A stretch of DNA of 45,288 bases from Methylococcaceae bacterium. Lineage in GTDB: Bacteria > Pseudomonadota > Gammaproteobacteria > Methylococcales > Methylomonadaceae. Below are positions 19,549-28,845 of the stretch, one piece after another. Made by a program: the position numbers and the translations under genes. The stretch covers positions 1-45,288 of the forward strand of contig CANNNN010000001.1 in assembly GCA_947506075.1 (NCBI GenBank), written 5' to 3'. Each line of letters opens with the position of its first letter. Positions within the stretch are counted from its first letter, which is position 1. The notes under the pieces were generated by a model that saw nothing but the letters and a program-made list of their open reading frames with translations, did no database searches and was not told the DNA's origin.

Positions 19549-20232
19549 TTACTTAGTGTCCTTATTTAATAAATCGAGCATATGCTCTGCTGCCGATTGC
19601 TCGGCTTTTTTTCTGGAATTTCCGCTGCCTACACACGATTCAGCTATGGATGACGTGGTACATTTCACTTTGAAATTTTGCTCATGGGCAAGGCCGGACA
19701 TAGTTAATACGGTATACTCCGGCAGCTCCAGTTTTTGGGACTGCATTAACTCCTGTAACTGAGTTTTAGGATCTTTCTGCCAATTTTCCAGAGACAGGCT
19801 TTTCAGTTTTTTTGCAAACATCTGCAAAACCCATTGCTGACAAACATCCATACCCTGATCGTTATACAACGCGCCGATAATGGCTTCCAACGCATCAGAC
19901 AAAATGGAATCACGACGAAATCCACCGCTTTTTAGCTCCCCCGAACCCAGTAACAAATAATCGCCAAACTGATGCATTCTGGCCAACTCTGCCAACGAAC
20001 TCTGATTAACCAGACTCGCTCTTAACCGACTTAACACGCCTTCACAGGCAGCGGGGAATAACTCATACAGCTTCTGGGCGATAACAAAACCCAAAATGGA
20101 GTCCCCCAAAAACTCCAGGCGTTCATTATTGTTCGAACTTGCGCTACGATGCGTTAAAGCCGTGGTAAAAAGCTGGGGATTATTAAAGGTTAGACCAAGC
20201 TTTTTACTTAACTCTTCAGGCTTTTTTATCAC
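19549..20232 (-). CDS. rnc: Ribonuclease III
   Basis: NERLEFLGDS signature and C-terminal dsRBD; GTG start. Confidence 0.97.
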   Translation of the reverse strand: MIKKPEELSKKLGLTFNNPQLFTTALTHRSASSNNNERLEFLGDSILGFVIAQKLYELFPAACEGVLSRLRASLVNQSSLAELARMHQFGDYLLLGSGELKSGGFRRDSILSDALEAIIGALYNDQGMDVCQQWVLQMFAKKLKSLSLENWQKDPKTQLQELMQSQKLELPEYTVLTMSGLAHEQNFKVKCTTSSIAESCVGSGNSRKKAEQSAAEHMLDLLNKDTK

Positions 20233-20606
20233 TCCTGGCCAACCTCGAAAGAGTCATGAAACTCAGCCAATGCACTCAGGTTACCGACCAATTTCACGAC
20301 AGTCTCATATTCGATGTCCACTTTCAGATAATTGCCATGTTTGATGATTTTTATATCCTCTGCTTTAACATCATAAACATAATTGATGTTAAAGCGTTTG
20401 CTCAAGCTTTCCCTGATTCCGGCCTCACTAAGCGTTTGAATATCAGGCGTTGCCTTCAAGGCGCTCATAGCGCTGGCCACCTTGTTGTGATCCAGATAAA
20501 TCGGCACTATTTTAAGCGTCAACATCACAAAAAAACCAATCAGCCCCAGAATAAAGATAATCGAAATCAAGGTTAAACCCTGCTGGCGTTTAGACGATAA
20601 ATTCAT
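20229..20606 (-). CDS. DUF4845-like membrane protein
   Basis: QQGLT plus hydrophobic N-terminal helix; conserved lepB-rnc position; GGAG RBS before 20606. Confidence 0.8.
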   Translation of the reverse strand: MNLSSKRQQGLTLISIIFILGLIGFFVMLTLKIVPIYLDHNKVASAMSALKATPDIQTLSEAGIRESLSKRFNINYVYDVKAEDIKIIKHGNYLKVDIEYETVVKLVGNLSALAEFHDSFEVGQE

Positions 20607-20631
20607 TTTTTTCTCCATAAGATGTTTAGTT

Positions 20632-20706
20632 GCCACAGATTAGCAGATGATAAATCGCTTTTTTTGGCTCTGGACATTAAAAAAGTATAATCTGTGAATG
20701 TGTGGC
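20632..20706. repeat. REPIN-like repeat family B
   Basis: GCCACAGATTAGCAGAT ... ATCTGTGAATGTGTGGC. Confidence 0.65.
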
Positions 20707-20718
20707 GTTTAAGCGCAA

Positions 20719-21495
20719 TTATTTTATCACTGTGCCGATACGATCCAGACCGACGCCTTTATATTGCCAGTCCCAATTCATCCAGATGAAAAACGCTTGT
20801 CCGACCAGATTTTCTTCAGGAACCGTGCCCCAATAGCGGCTGTCATTACTGTTATCGCGGTTATCGCCCATCACAAAATAACTACCCTTGGGCACCACAT
20901 AAACGCCTTCGGCAGACGCTGCGCCATTTCTGATCAGAATATTGTGCTCGACACTGATCAAGTCTTCGGCAATCAGTTCATTTCCGGTCATATCCGCGCC
21001 TTGACCTACACCCTGGTAACGACCCAAAGAAACCTGATTGATGGCCTCGCCATTGATATGCAGCTTTTTATCATAATAGGCGACTTTGTCGCCCGGCAGG
21101 CCGATCACCCGCTTGATATAATCGACGGTCGGGTCTTTCGGATAACGAAACACGACGATATCGCCGCGTTTGGGCTCATTCAACTCAATGATTTTTTTAT
21201 TGATAACCGGCAAGCGTATGCCGTAGGTAAATTTATTAACCAGAATAAAATCGCCTATCAATAGGGTCGGCATCATCGACGCCGAAGGTATCCGAAAAGG
21301 CTCGGCTATGAAGGATCGCAGCAATAGCACAACCAACACCACCGGAAAAAAAGACCGCGCATACTCTACCAGTATCGGTTCATTTTCTTCATCGAACTCG
21401 GCTCCGTTGGCTTTAAGTACTAACAAATATCCGCCCCACACGACACCGGTGACCAGCGTGGCGACGGCAAGAAAAAAAGAAAAATCGTAGTCCAT
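20719..21495 (-). CDS. lepB: Signal peptidase I
   Basis: IPSASMMPTL, YIKRVIG and GDNRDNSNDSR motifs. Confidence 0.96.
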   Translation of the reverse strand: MDYDFSFFLAVATLVTGVVWGGYLLVLKANGAEFDEENEPILVEYARSFFPVVLVVLLLRSFIAEPFRIPSASMMPTLLIGDFILVNKFTYGIRLPVINKKIIELNEPKRGDIVVFRYPKDPTVDYIKRVIGLPGDKVAYYDKKLHINGEAINQVSLGRYQGVGQGADMTGNELIAEDLISVEHNILIRNGAASAEGVYVVPKGSYFVMGDNRDNSNDSRYWGTVPEENLVGQAFFIWMNWDWQYKGVGLDRIGTVIK

Positions 21496-21556
21496 GGTAA
21501 ATTTAGATTAAAGGTTGATGACGGGGAAATTAGTCGTAATGAGCTGGTATTTTATC

Positions 21557-21636
21557 GCCATAGATTCACAGATTAAACTTACGAAATACTTAGAATTATC
21601 CATAAAAGTCATTTTTATAATCTGCGAATCTGTGAC
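21557..21636. repeat. REPIN-like repeat family B
   Basis: GCCATAGATTCACAGATTA ... TAATCTGCGAATCTGTGAC. Confidence 0.65.
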
Positions 21637-21659
21637 GATTTGTCTTAACTGCTGAGTCT

Positions 21660-23459
21660 TTATTCTTTGTTAAGCTGCAAAACGGCCAGAAACGCTTCTT
21701 GGGGTATTTCAATATTGCCGACCTGTTTCATGCGCTTTTTACCGGCTTTTTGTTTTTCCAGCAATTTTTTCTTACGGCTAATATCGCCGCCATAACATTT
21801 TGCGATCACATTTTTCCGCATCGCTTTAACGGTGGATCTGGCAATCACCTTGGAACCGATAGCCGCCTGTATCGCAACCTCATACATTTGCCGTGGAATC
21901 AGTTCCTGCATCTTTTCGACCAGATCCCTGCCCCGATTATTGCTGAGATCACGATGCACGATGATCGATAAGGCATCGACTTTTTCGGCATTGATCAACA
22001 CATCCAGCTTGACCAAATCAGCCGGCTGAAAACGCAAGAACTCATAATCAAATGACGCAAAGCCCCGACTGACCGACTTTAAACGATCGAAGAAATCCAG
22101 CACCACTTCGCTCATCGGCATTTCATAATGCAAGGATACTTGCCGACCTACATACTGCATGTCTTTCTGCACGCCGCGCTTTTCTATGCACAAAGTAATC
22201 ACACCGCCCAGATAAGCCTGCGGAACCAGGATATTGGCCCGGATGATAGGTTCCCTGATTTCCTTGATAGTGCCCATGTCGGGCAGTTTGGCCGGATTAT
22301 CGATCATCAGAATCTGGTCATTATGGGTAATGACCTCATAGATAACGGTAGGCGCGGTGGTGATCAGATCGACATCGTATTCCCGCTCCAAACGCTCCTG
22401 CACAATCTCCATGTGCAGCATGCCGAGAAATCCGCAACGGAAACCAAAGCCCAAGGCCTGAGAGGTTTCCGGCTCGAAATATAACGATGCATCATTGAGA
22501 TTTAACTTATTCAACGCCTCGCGCAAACCTTCATAATGATCCGAGCTGACCGGATACAGGCCGGCGAAAACGCGCGCTTGTACTTTTTTAAATCCGGTCA
22601 GCGGATCAGAAGCCGGATTATCCGACCAGGTAATCGTATCGCCGACCGGCGCACCGAAAATATCCTTAATACCGGCGACGACATAACCGACTTCGCCGGT
22701 ATTTAAAATGTCTTTTTCCAGCCGCTTGGGTGTAAAGACGCCGACTTTCTCGGCGATAAAGGACTTGCCGGTGGACATGATGGTAATCTTTTGCTTGCGG
22801 CGGATGCTGCCATGCATAATCCTGACCAGCGACACCACGCCCAGATAACTGTCAAACCAGGAATCGATAATCAAGGCCTGCAATGGCCCGTCAATATTTC
22901 CTTGCGGCGGCGGAACTTTAAGTACCAGTTGTTCCAGCACATCCTGAACGCCCAAGCCGGTTTTTGCGCTGATCATCAGCGCCTCGTCGGCGGCAATACC
23001 GATCACTTCTTCAATTTCGGCCAGCACCCGCTCGGGTTCGGCAGAGGGTAAATCAATTTTATTCAGCACCGGCACTACTTCCAGACCCTGCTCTATCGCG
23101 GTATAGCAGTTGGCTACGCTTTGCGCCTCAACGCCCTGAGCCGCATCGACGACCAGCAGCGCACCTTCACAGGCGGCTAATGACCGGGAAACCTCATAAG
23201 AAAAATCGACATGGCCGGGGGTATCGATGAAATTCAGCTGATAGGTTTCACCGTCTTTTGCCTTAAAGTCCAGCGTGACGCTCTGCGCCTTAATCGTGAT
23301 GCCGCGCTCTTTTTCAATATCCATAGAATCAAGCACTTGGGCTGACATTTCCCTATCGCTTAAGCCCCCACATATTTGTATAAAACGATCAGCCAGCGTA
23401 GATTTACCATGATCGATATGCGCGATAATGGAAAAGTTTCTTATATGTTTTAAATCCAC
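21660..23459 (-). CDS. lepA: Translation elongation factor 4
   Basis: [46 protein letters not shown]; GTG start. Confidence 0.98.
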   Translation of the reverse strand: MDLKHIRNFSIIAHIDHGKSTLADRFIQICGGLSDREMSAQVLDSMDIEKERGITIKAQSVTLDFKAKDGETYQLNFIDTPGHVDFSYEVSRSLAACEGALLVVDAAQGVEAQSVANCYTAIEQGLEVVPVLNKIDLPSAEPERVLAEIEEVIGIAADEALMISAKTGLGVQDVLEQLVLKVPPPQGNIDGPLQALIIDSWFDSYLGVVSLVRIMHGSIRRKQKITIMSTGKSFIAEKVGVFTPKRLEKDILNTGEVGYVVAGIKDIFGAPVGDTITWSDNPASDPLTGFKKVQARVFAGLYPVSSDHYEGLREALNKLNLNDASLYFEPETSQALGFGFRCGFLGMLHMEIVQERLEREYDVDLITTAPTVIYEVITHNDQILMIDNPAKLPDMGTIKEIREPIIRANILVPQAYLGGVITLCIEKRGVQKDMQYVGRQVSLHYEMPMSEVVLDFFDRLKSVSRGFASFDYEFLRFQPADLVKLDVLINAEKVDALSIIVHRDLSNNRGRDLVEKMQELIPRQMYEVAIQAAIGSKVIARSTVKAMRKNVIAKCYGGDISRKKKLLEKQKAGKKRMKQVGNIEIPQEAFLAVLQLNKE

Positions 23460-23555
23460 TGTATTTCAACTTGTTATGATAGTGTTAATGCCCAGTGCAA
23501 AACCTTGCACTCTGGTGTTTGGCGTGCATTGTAACAGAAGAAGGCGGCACACGCC

Positions 23556-24347
23556 CTACTCGGCCGAAGCAGTATCGAACGCAACGCCCAGCCAGCTGTA
23601 TATCCGCTTGACCAGCAAGCCTTCGTCATGGAGATAAGCATGGCCTTCATCATTGATTTTAATCTGCCGGTAACCGGTATTTTCTTTTGCCGAAACGCGC
23701 CTGTCCCTGGCACTGCCTGTTACATCCGACACGTCTAATGCGCCATAAATATCCAGCATCGGAATCTTGACCTGCTTTAGCAATTCCAGCGTTTGGGCAA
23801 CCTTGTTTTCGGTTTTCGGCACCGGCAAACTGATGGCCACCAGTGCTTTAATATCCGCCGCCTGTTCACTCAGCGCGTAAAGCCCCATCAGTCCACCCAA
23901 ACCATAACCGACCACGACAATGTTTTCTGCACCGTTGCTCTTTGCATAGTCAATTCCGGCCTTAACCCGCGCCGACGCCTCCGCAAACAACGCATAATAA
24001 TCTTCATCGCCGGCGCCAGCTTCCCTAAGCGGCATTTGCAAGGACAGGGTTGCCCAGTCATGGCCGGGTAAAAAGACCCTCAAGCCGTAAATCAGTTGCT
24101 GCTGATTGGGATGCCCATCCCTATCGTGCAGAATGATAACAGCCCCCTTGCTGGTGACCTTTTCTGTTTGGGTATAAAGTCCGAGAAATTTAGTTCCGCC
24201 CGATTCCAGCCAGACAGCCTTGCCGATAGCCAGGGTCTTGTTAATGCTATCGGCAAAGTCGGCTTCCCGCTTTTGATTACTGCCCAGGCACACGCCAACC
24301 AGGAACGGGGTTATGCAACATAAAAAAACGAAAGACCTGAACTTCAT
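23556..24347 (-). CDS. DUF3530-like alpha/beta-hydrolase-fold protein with signal peptide
   Basis: GAVIILHD, WATLSLQMP, VVVGYGLGG, PMLDIYG. Confidence 0.65.
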   Translation of the reverse strand: MKFRSFVFLCCITPFLVGVCLGSNQKREADFADSINKTLAIGKAVWLESGGTKFLGLYTQTEKVTSKGAVIILHDRDGHPNQQQLIYGLRVFLPGHDWATLSLQMPLREAGAGDEDYYALFAEASARVKAGIDYAKSNGAENIVVVGYGLGGLMGLYALSEQAADIKALVAISLPVPKTENKVAQTLELLKQVKIPMLDIYGALDVSDVTGSARDRRVSAKENTGYRQIKINDEGHAYLHDEGLLVKRIYSWLGVAFDTASAE

Positions 24348-25399
24348 TCCCGACCGTAAAAATCGCTGTATCGATATACATCATGCGCATGCCTTAGCAA
24401 CACCATAATGACCGATGCAACGGGCAAGGCCAGCAAAATCCCCAAAAAGCCAAATAACTGGCCGCCGGCCAATACCGCAAACATCACCGCGACCGGATGT
24501 AAGCCGATTTTATCGCCCACCAGCATCGGCGTTAACAGCATACCTTCCAGAGATTGGCCAACAACAAATACGATAACAACCGGCAGCAAATCAATGAGCT
24601 GATGAAACTGAACCAAGGCCGCGATACAGGCTGTAACGATGCCGACGATGGAGCCCAGATAAGGCACAAAACTGACCAGACCGGCCAACATACCGATCAA
24701 CAAAGCCAAATCGAGGCCGGTCATCCACAAGCCAACACTATAAATATAACCTAAGGCGAGCATCACATAAAACTGACCCCGGACAAATGCCCCCAACACC
24801 GTATCCACTTCGCCAGCCAGCTTGGATACAGTAGGCGCAACACGCCGGGGCAATAAATCATGGGCCTTGCCGACTAGACTATCCCAATCGCGCAACAAAT
24901 AGAACGTGACCACCGGAATTAACAGCAGATTCATCAGCCATTCGGCTATCACCCCGCCGGAATGCGAAACCGAGCTCATTAAGCTCGCGGCAATTCCGCC
25001 CGCCTGCTCCCAGTGGCTTTTAATCAGACCAACAATCTGAGTGAGGTTAACCGGCCTTAAGCCTAAATGAAATCGCCGCTGTAGCCAGGGTATGACGATT
25101 TCATTCAAGCCTGCGACATAGGCAGGCAGGTTGGACAGGAAATTTTCGACCTGAAGCTCCAATAGAGGAATCAGCAGTAGTAAAACTAGCCCAAAAACCA
25201 GCGTCATCACCGAAAAAACCACCAATACCGCGTTGGTTCGGGATAGACGATAGGTTTCCAGTTTATCGGTTAACGGATCGCCCAAATAAGCCAGCATCGC
25301 CGCAAACGAAAACGGCATCAACACCGGAGCCAACAAGTAAACCAGCCCGGCTGAGCCCGAGAGAAAAGCAACGATTAGCCATTTTTGTGAATCGGTCAT
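24344..25399 (-). CDS. AI-2E family transporter (PerM/YdiK-like)
   Basis: AYLGDP, FYLLRD, FVRGQ, FVPYLG and GLHPV motifs. Confidence 0.92.
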   Translation of the reverse strand: MTDSQKWLIVAFLSGSAGLVYLLAPVLMPFSFAAMLAYLGDPLTDKLETYRLSRTNAVLVVFSVMTLVFGLVLLLLIPLLELQVENFLSNLPAYVAGLNEIVIPWLQRRFHLGLRPVNLTQIVGLIKSHWEQAGGIAASLMSSVSHSGGVIAEWLMNLLLIPVVTFYLLRDWDSLVGKAHDLLPRRVAPTVSKLAGEVDTVLGAFVRGQFYVMLALGYIYSVGLWMTGLDLALLIGMLAGLVSFVPYLGSIVGIVTACIAALVQFHQLIDLLPVVIVFVVGQSLEGMLLTPMLVGDKIGLHPVAVMFAVLAGGQLFGFLGILLALPVASVIMVLLRHAHDVYRYSDFYGRE

Positions 25400-25432
25400 T
25401 ACCAAGCCTTGTTCAATAGGTATCTGTGTCCA

Positions 25433-25606
25433 TCAGTCACCACTACAACCTGATGAATCGCCGGAACAACCTGAATCCGATGTATTGCTAGAACTATCGG
25501 AACAACAGCCGATATCACTGGCGCAATAAGCGCCCGCTGTAGTCCGCTTACAATCTAACTGATAGATAAACAAGCCAATGTAGTGCGCCACCATTAGTCG
25601 ACACAT
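25433..25606 (-). pseudogene. 57-aa Cys/Ser/Gly-rich ORF, probable 3' remnant of a glycine-rich-tail protein, or a small peptide
   Basis: Hand translation (below the ORF-track cutoff): MCRLMVAHYIGLFIYQLDCKRTTAGAYCASDIGCCSDSSSNTSDSGCSGDSSGCSGD*. Confidence 0.4.
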
Positions 25607-25634
25607 CGGCTTGTAAAAAAGACATCTCTAACGA

Positions 25635-25970
25635 TTAGCTTGCAAAAATAACAGCAGTAACCGCCGCCGTTATAGCCGCTAAGATTAGCGCTATCAGCAT
25701 AAGGTTTTTTCTGGTACTGAACAGGCCGGCGGACTTGTCTTCGAGAATTTCCACGCCGTCAATATAGGCATTAATCGCTTTGTACTTGCCGCGATTGTCT
25801 CTTGCAACCTGGTAATAAATAACATCCCCGGACACCGGGCGACGACTTGTACCCTTTAATGCCGAAATATGGATAAAAATATCTTTTCCACCATCATCCG
25901 GACTAATAAAGCCAAAGCCCCGATCTTCTTTCCATGTTTTTAAAGCTCCCTTAATCATTGTTTTTGTCAT
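25635..25970 (-). CDS. Cold-shock domain protein with C-terminal transmembrane helix
   Basis: RNP1 RGFGFI, RNP2 IFIHISAL, hydrophobic tail LMLIALILAAITAAVTAVIF. Confidence 0.85.
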   Translation of the reverse strand: MTKTMIKGALKTWKEDRGFGFISPDDGGKDIFIHISALKGTSRRPVSGDVIYYQVARDNRGKYKAINAYIDGVEILEDKSAGLFSTRKNLMLIALILAAITAAVTAVIFAS

Positions 25971-26129
25971 ATTAATTTCATTATTGTTATTTTTAGCCTT
26001 AGCGACATGACGGCAGCTTAAGGGGCCTTAGTCTTGTGCTACTTGTGGTATTCGTGTTTTACAGCTGTTTAGTAGGCAACGCATGTTTCAAGGAAAAACA
26101 TCGCCAAATTATCTTAAGCGGTTCCCAGC

Positions 26130-26187
26130 AAAAAAAATACCCCCTACTGGAGCCCAGATTTTTCCTGTGCTCCAGTAGGCTAGGTAT
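26130..26187 (-). terminator. Rho-independent terminator downstream of 26249-26614
   Basis: Stem CCTACTGGAGC (26143-26153) / GCTCCAGTAGG (26169-26179) with an A-run at 26130-26138 (U-run on the minus strand). Confidence 0.6.
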
Positions 26188-26248
26188 TTAATTTTCAGCT
26201 GTTATATTTATGTAAGTTGCCCAACCGGATTCCCATTCAAGCTGGTAT

Positions 26249-26614
26249 TTATTTCTTTATGATGACTTTATCATCAATGATCAGCTCCGATATCCCACCC
26301 AGAGACGCTCGCAAGGTACACGATGCGTTTTTGAATCCGCCCTTGCCAGCATTTTCACCGACCCACTTCATCGTCAGATAAGTTTCCTTATCACTCTCGG
26401 TTTCAGACGTCAGAAACACCTGCTCTCCGGTTACCTCTTTAATTTTCTGAGGGCATTTTTCGTTTGCCATCATTTGCATCGCAACCATACCCCTAATCTG
26501 TGCCGCCGCTTCCATTTGTTCCGGCGTTTGATCCTCTTTACTTAAACCAACTAAAACAAAGCCCATTATAAAAACAGCAGCAACAGCCAACATGATTTTT
26601 TGTGTTTCAGACAT
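26249..26614 (-). CDS. Hypothetical protein with N-terminal TM anchor and two Cys
   Basis: 121-aa ORF, purine-rich RBS, hydrophobic N-terminus, own terminator. Confidence 0.7.
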   Translation of the reverse strand: MSETQKIMLAVAAVFIMGFVLVGLSKEDQTPEQMEAAAQIRGMVAMQMMANEKCPQKIKEVTGEQVFLTSETESDKETYLTMKWVGENAGKGGFKNASCTLRASLGGISELIIDDKVIIKK

Positions 26615-26712
26615 TTCTCTTCTCCTTGCTGTGATAATCGTCGATCATTTTACAGCTTGCTCGAATATTTACCCTAAAATACTTATAAACTGTCCGACTA
26701 GGGTAATACTGT

Positions 26713-27249
26713 TTAAAACTCAATCCCTTGCTCAGCCTTGATCCCCTGTTCATAGGCATGCTTTATTTTGGTCATTTCGGTTACCGTATCGGCACACAAA
26801 ATGACCTCGGGTGCCGCATTGCGGCCGGTCAAAATCAAATGCATCCAGGCCGGTTTTTGATCGCGTATAAAATCGGCTATTTCCTGACCGGAAATCCAAT
26901 TATATCCACAGCAATAATTGATCTCATCGAGCAACACCAAATCGAATTCTTCGGACAATATCTTGGCCTTACTAAATTCCCAAATTTCCCGGCTAGTTTT
27001 AATGTCCTGCTCAGGATTTTTAGTGTCCCAGGTAAAGCCATCACCCAACACATGCCATTCAATATTATCAAAGCGTTCGGCCGCTTTTTGTTCGCCAGTC
27101 TGCCATTTCCCCTTAATATATTGGATCACACAGACCTTCATATCCCACCCTGCGGCACGAAAAACCATGCCCAAAGCGCTGGAAGATTTCCCCTTGCCCG
27201 AACCGGTATTGACCAGAACCAGTCCCCGTCGTCTATCTCTGGATTTCAT
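26713..27249 (-). CDS. cobO: Cob(I)yrinic acid a,c-diamide adenosyltransferase
   Basis: NTGSGKGKSSSALG, QYIKG, GDGFTW, LDEIN, ILTGR, GIEF; start taken at MKSRD. Confidence 0.93.
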   Translation of the reverse strand: MKSRDRRRGLVLVNTGSGKGKSSSALGMVFRAAGWDMKVCVIQYIKGKWQTGEQKAAERFDNIEWHVLGDGFTWDTKNPEQDIKTSREIWEFSKAKILSEEFDLVLLDEINYCCGYNWISGQEIADFIRDQKPAWMHLILTGRNAAPEVILCADTVTEMTKIKHAYEQGIKAEQGIEF

Positions 27250-27490
27250 AACATCATTCCGTAGTAAGTGCGCGCTACTTCTTTTAGCGACCGGCATTAT
27301 CGCCTGAATTGAGCTCAAAACAAACGCCTGGAAATAATAAGGCCGATTTGTGCAGACTACGAATCCATAGAATTGCCCACGAAAATAACGAAAAACTCTA
27401 AATAAATCAATATCTTGTATTGTTATTTCAACTCACTTTTTAACTAATGACTTACAGTTCGGCATCCCTTTGAAATTTTAGGCTACCAAT

Positions 27491-28414
27491 TTAGCTTACA
27501 GCCGGAACAGTCATTATCCCTTCCGCCACCATCACCGCCGCACCGCCAACCCGAATCGTCAAACTGTCCTCACCTTTATGATCCATTTCCAAATTCAATA
27601 CGCTGCGACGATTGCCGGGTTCGCCACGATCCACCGCAAAGGTATAAGTGCCTTTTTGCATGAATTCGAAGGAGCTTAAATACGAGGCAAACGCAGGCAT
27701 CGCACTGCCGACCGGTGGATCTTCGTGGATACCAATACGAGGTCCAAACAAGCGGGCATTAAAATCGGCATCCGCATACGGTGTTTTCGGGGAAAACAGC
27801 AATATCTCCTGGGCGGCCGTCTGCGGAGCGCAGGATTGACTCCAGGCGGTGTAGTTGAATTTTGCATGTCTTACACTTTCGTACCGCCAAACAGGAACGA
27901 TCAGATACGGAACTCCACAGGACACCAGTCGCGTGCTAAATTTTTTATGATCCAATTCAGACGGTTGCAGCGTCAGGAAACTGGCTAGCTCGTCATCACT
28001 GGGCGCAAAGCGGTCAACAATGGAAGTCACTGTACGGGTGAACTGCACGAAACTGGGCTTGCCGTTTTCAGCGGAAATATTGACCTTAACCGGACCGGCA
28101 TTTTGTTCGAAAACCAGCGGCGTAATGACGGGAGCCAATTGTATAGCACCGCAACTCGCCAAGACAAAGGCGGCGGCGATAATCGGATGTCCGGCAAAAT
28201 CGATTTCGCCCTGCGGCGAAAAGATCCGCATCACCCGGTTGGTGGTTTGCTTATCCGGATGAAACACGAAAACGGTTTCCGACAGGTTTAACTCTCTGGC
28301 CACCAACTGCATTTGCTCTGTACTTAAACCCTCGGCTTTCGGAAATACGGCTATTTGTGCGCCGCTGAATATCTGCTTGGTAAATACATCGGTGATGTAA
28401 TAGTTGTACTTCAT
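27491..28414 (-). CDS. PhzF-family isomerase/epimerase
   Basis: DVFT, ARELNLSETVF, RIFSP.GEIDFAGHP and EDPPVGSA motifs. Confidence 0.9.
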   Translation of the reverse strand: MKYNYYITDVFTKQIFSGAQIAVFPKAEGLSTEQMQLVARELNLSETVFVFHPDKQTTNRVMRIFSPQGEIDFAGHPIIAAAFVLASCGAIQLAPVITPLVFEQNAGPVKVNISAENGKPSFVQFTRTVTSIVDRFAPSDDELASFLTLQPSELDHKKFSTRLVSCGVPYLIVPVWRYESVRHAKFNYTAWSQSCAPQTAAQEILLFSPKTPYADADFNARLFGPRIGIHEDPPVGSAMPAFASYLSSFEFMQKGTYTFAVDRGEPGNRRSVLNLEMDHKGEDSLTIRVGGAAVMVAEGIMTVPAVS

Positions 28415-28845
28415 AACGCTGCTCCAACGCTGACTTGAACGCGATTTTTTTCAATCCGTATCGGATAAACAGGTATTTTCACTGCTTCATCTTCCAAACA
28501 AACGCCGGTTTGCAGATTGAAATGTTGTTTGTATAACGGCGAGGCAACCACCGACTGACCGTTAATGTCGCAGATCAAGCCGCGCGACAGGACATTGGCC
28601 TTGCCGATAGGATCATAATTGCCGACCGCATATACTTGTGTATCGCCCCCTTCGACTCCGCTCAGGGAACGATTAACTTCAATCACGGAACGATCGACTT
28701 CACTCACGGAACAATCGACTGCGTTCCCTGAGCGGAGTCGAAGGGCAAAACTAAAAATAGCCACCTGCTCTCCTTCAATCAACGCGCAAATCCCTGAATC
28801 CGGCTGTAAATCGTCAACACCGCAAATATCTAGCCACTTTGCCAT
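28411..28845 (-). CDS. nirD: Nitrite reductase small subunit (Rieske-like) carrying an internal repeat-derived insertion
   Basis: GICALI..QVAIF, NYDP..ANVLSRG, VASPLYKQHFNLQTGVCLE; directly after nirB. Confidence 0.93.
   Translation of the reverse strand: MAKWLDICGVDDLQPDSGICALIEGEQVAIFSFALRLRSGNAVDCSVSEVDRSVIEVNRSLSGVEGGDTQVYAVGNYDPIGKANVLSRGLICDINGQSVVASPLYKQHFNLQTGVCLEDEAVKIPVYPIRIEKNRVQVSVGAAL
28648..28745. mobile_element. REPIN-like element inside nirD
   Basis: Perfect 24-bp IR CCCTTCGACTCCGCTCAGGGAACG (28648-28671 / 28722-28745) with 21-nt degenerate tandem units between the arms. Confidence 0.85.

Noticed and set aside
23556-24347. Hydrolase-fold protein lacking the nucleophile Ser (GYGLG)
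   Set aside because: Appears to be a common trait of DUF3530-like proteins rather than something special to this locus
27491-28414. PhzF as evidence of a phenazine cluster
   Set aside because: No other phz genes; stand-alone PhzF homologues are widespread
28666-28728. Tandem 21-nt units as a mini-CRISPR
   Set aside because: No unique spacers, degenerate units, lies within a CDS, no cas genes
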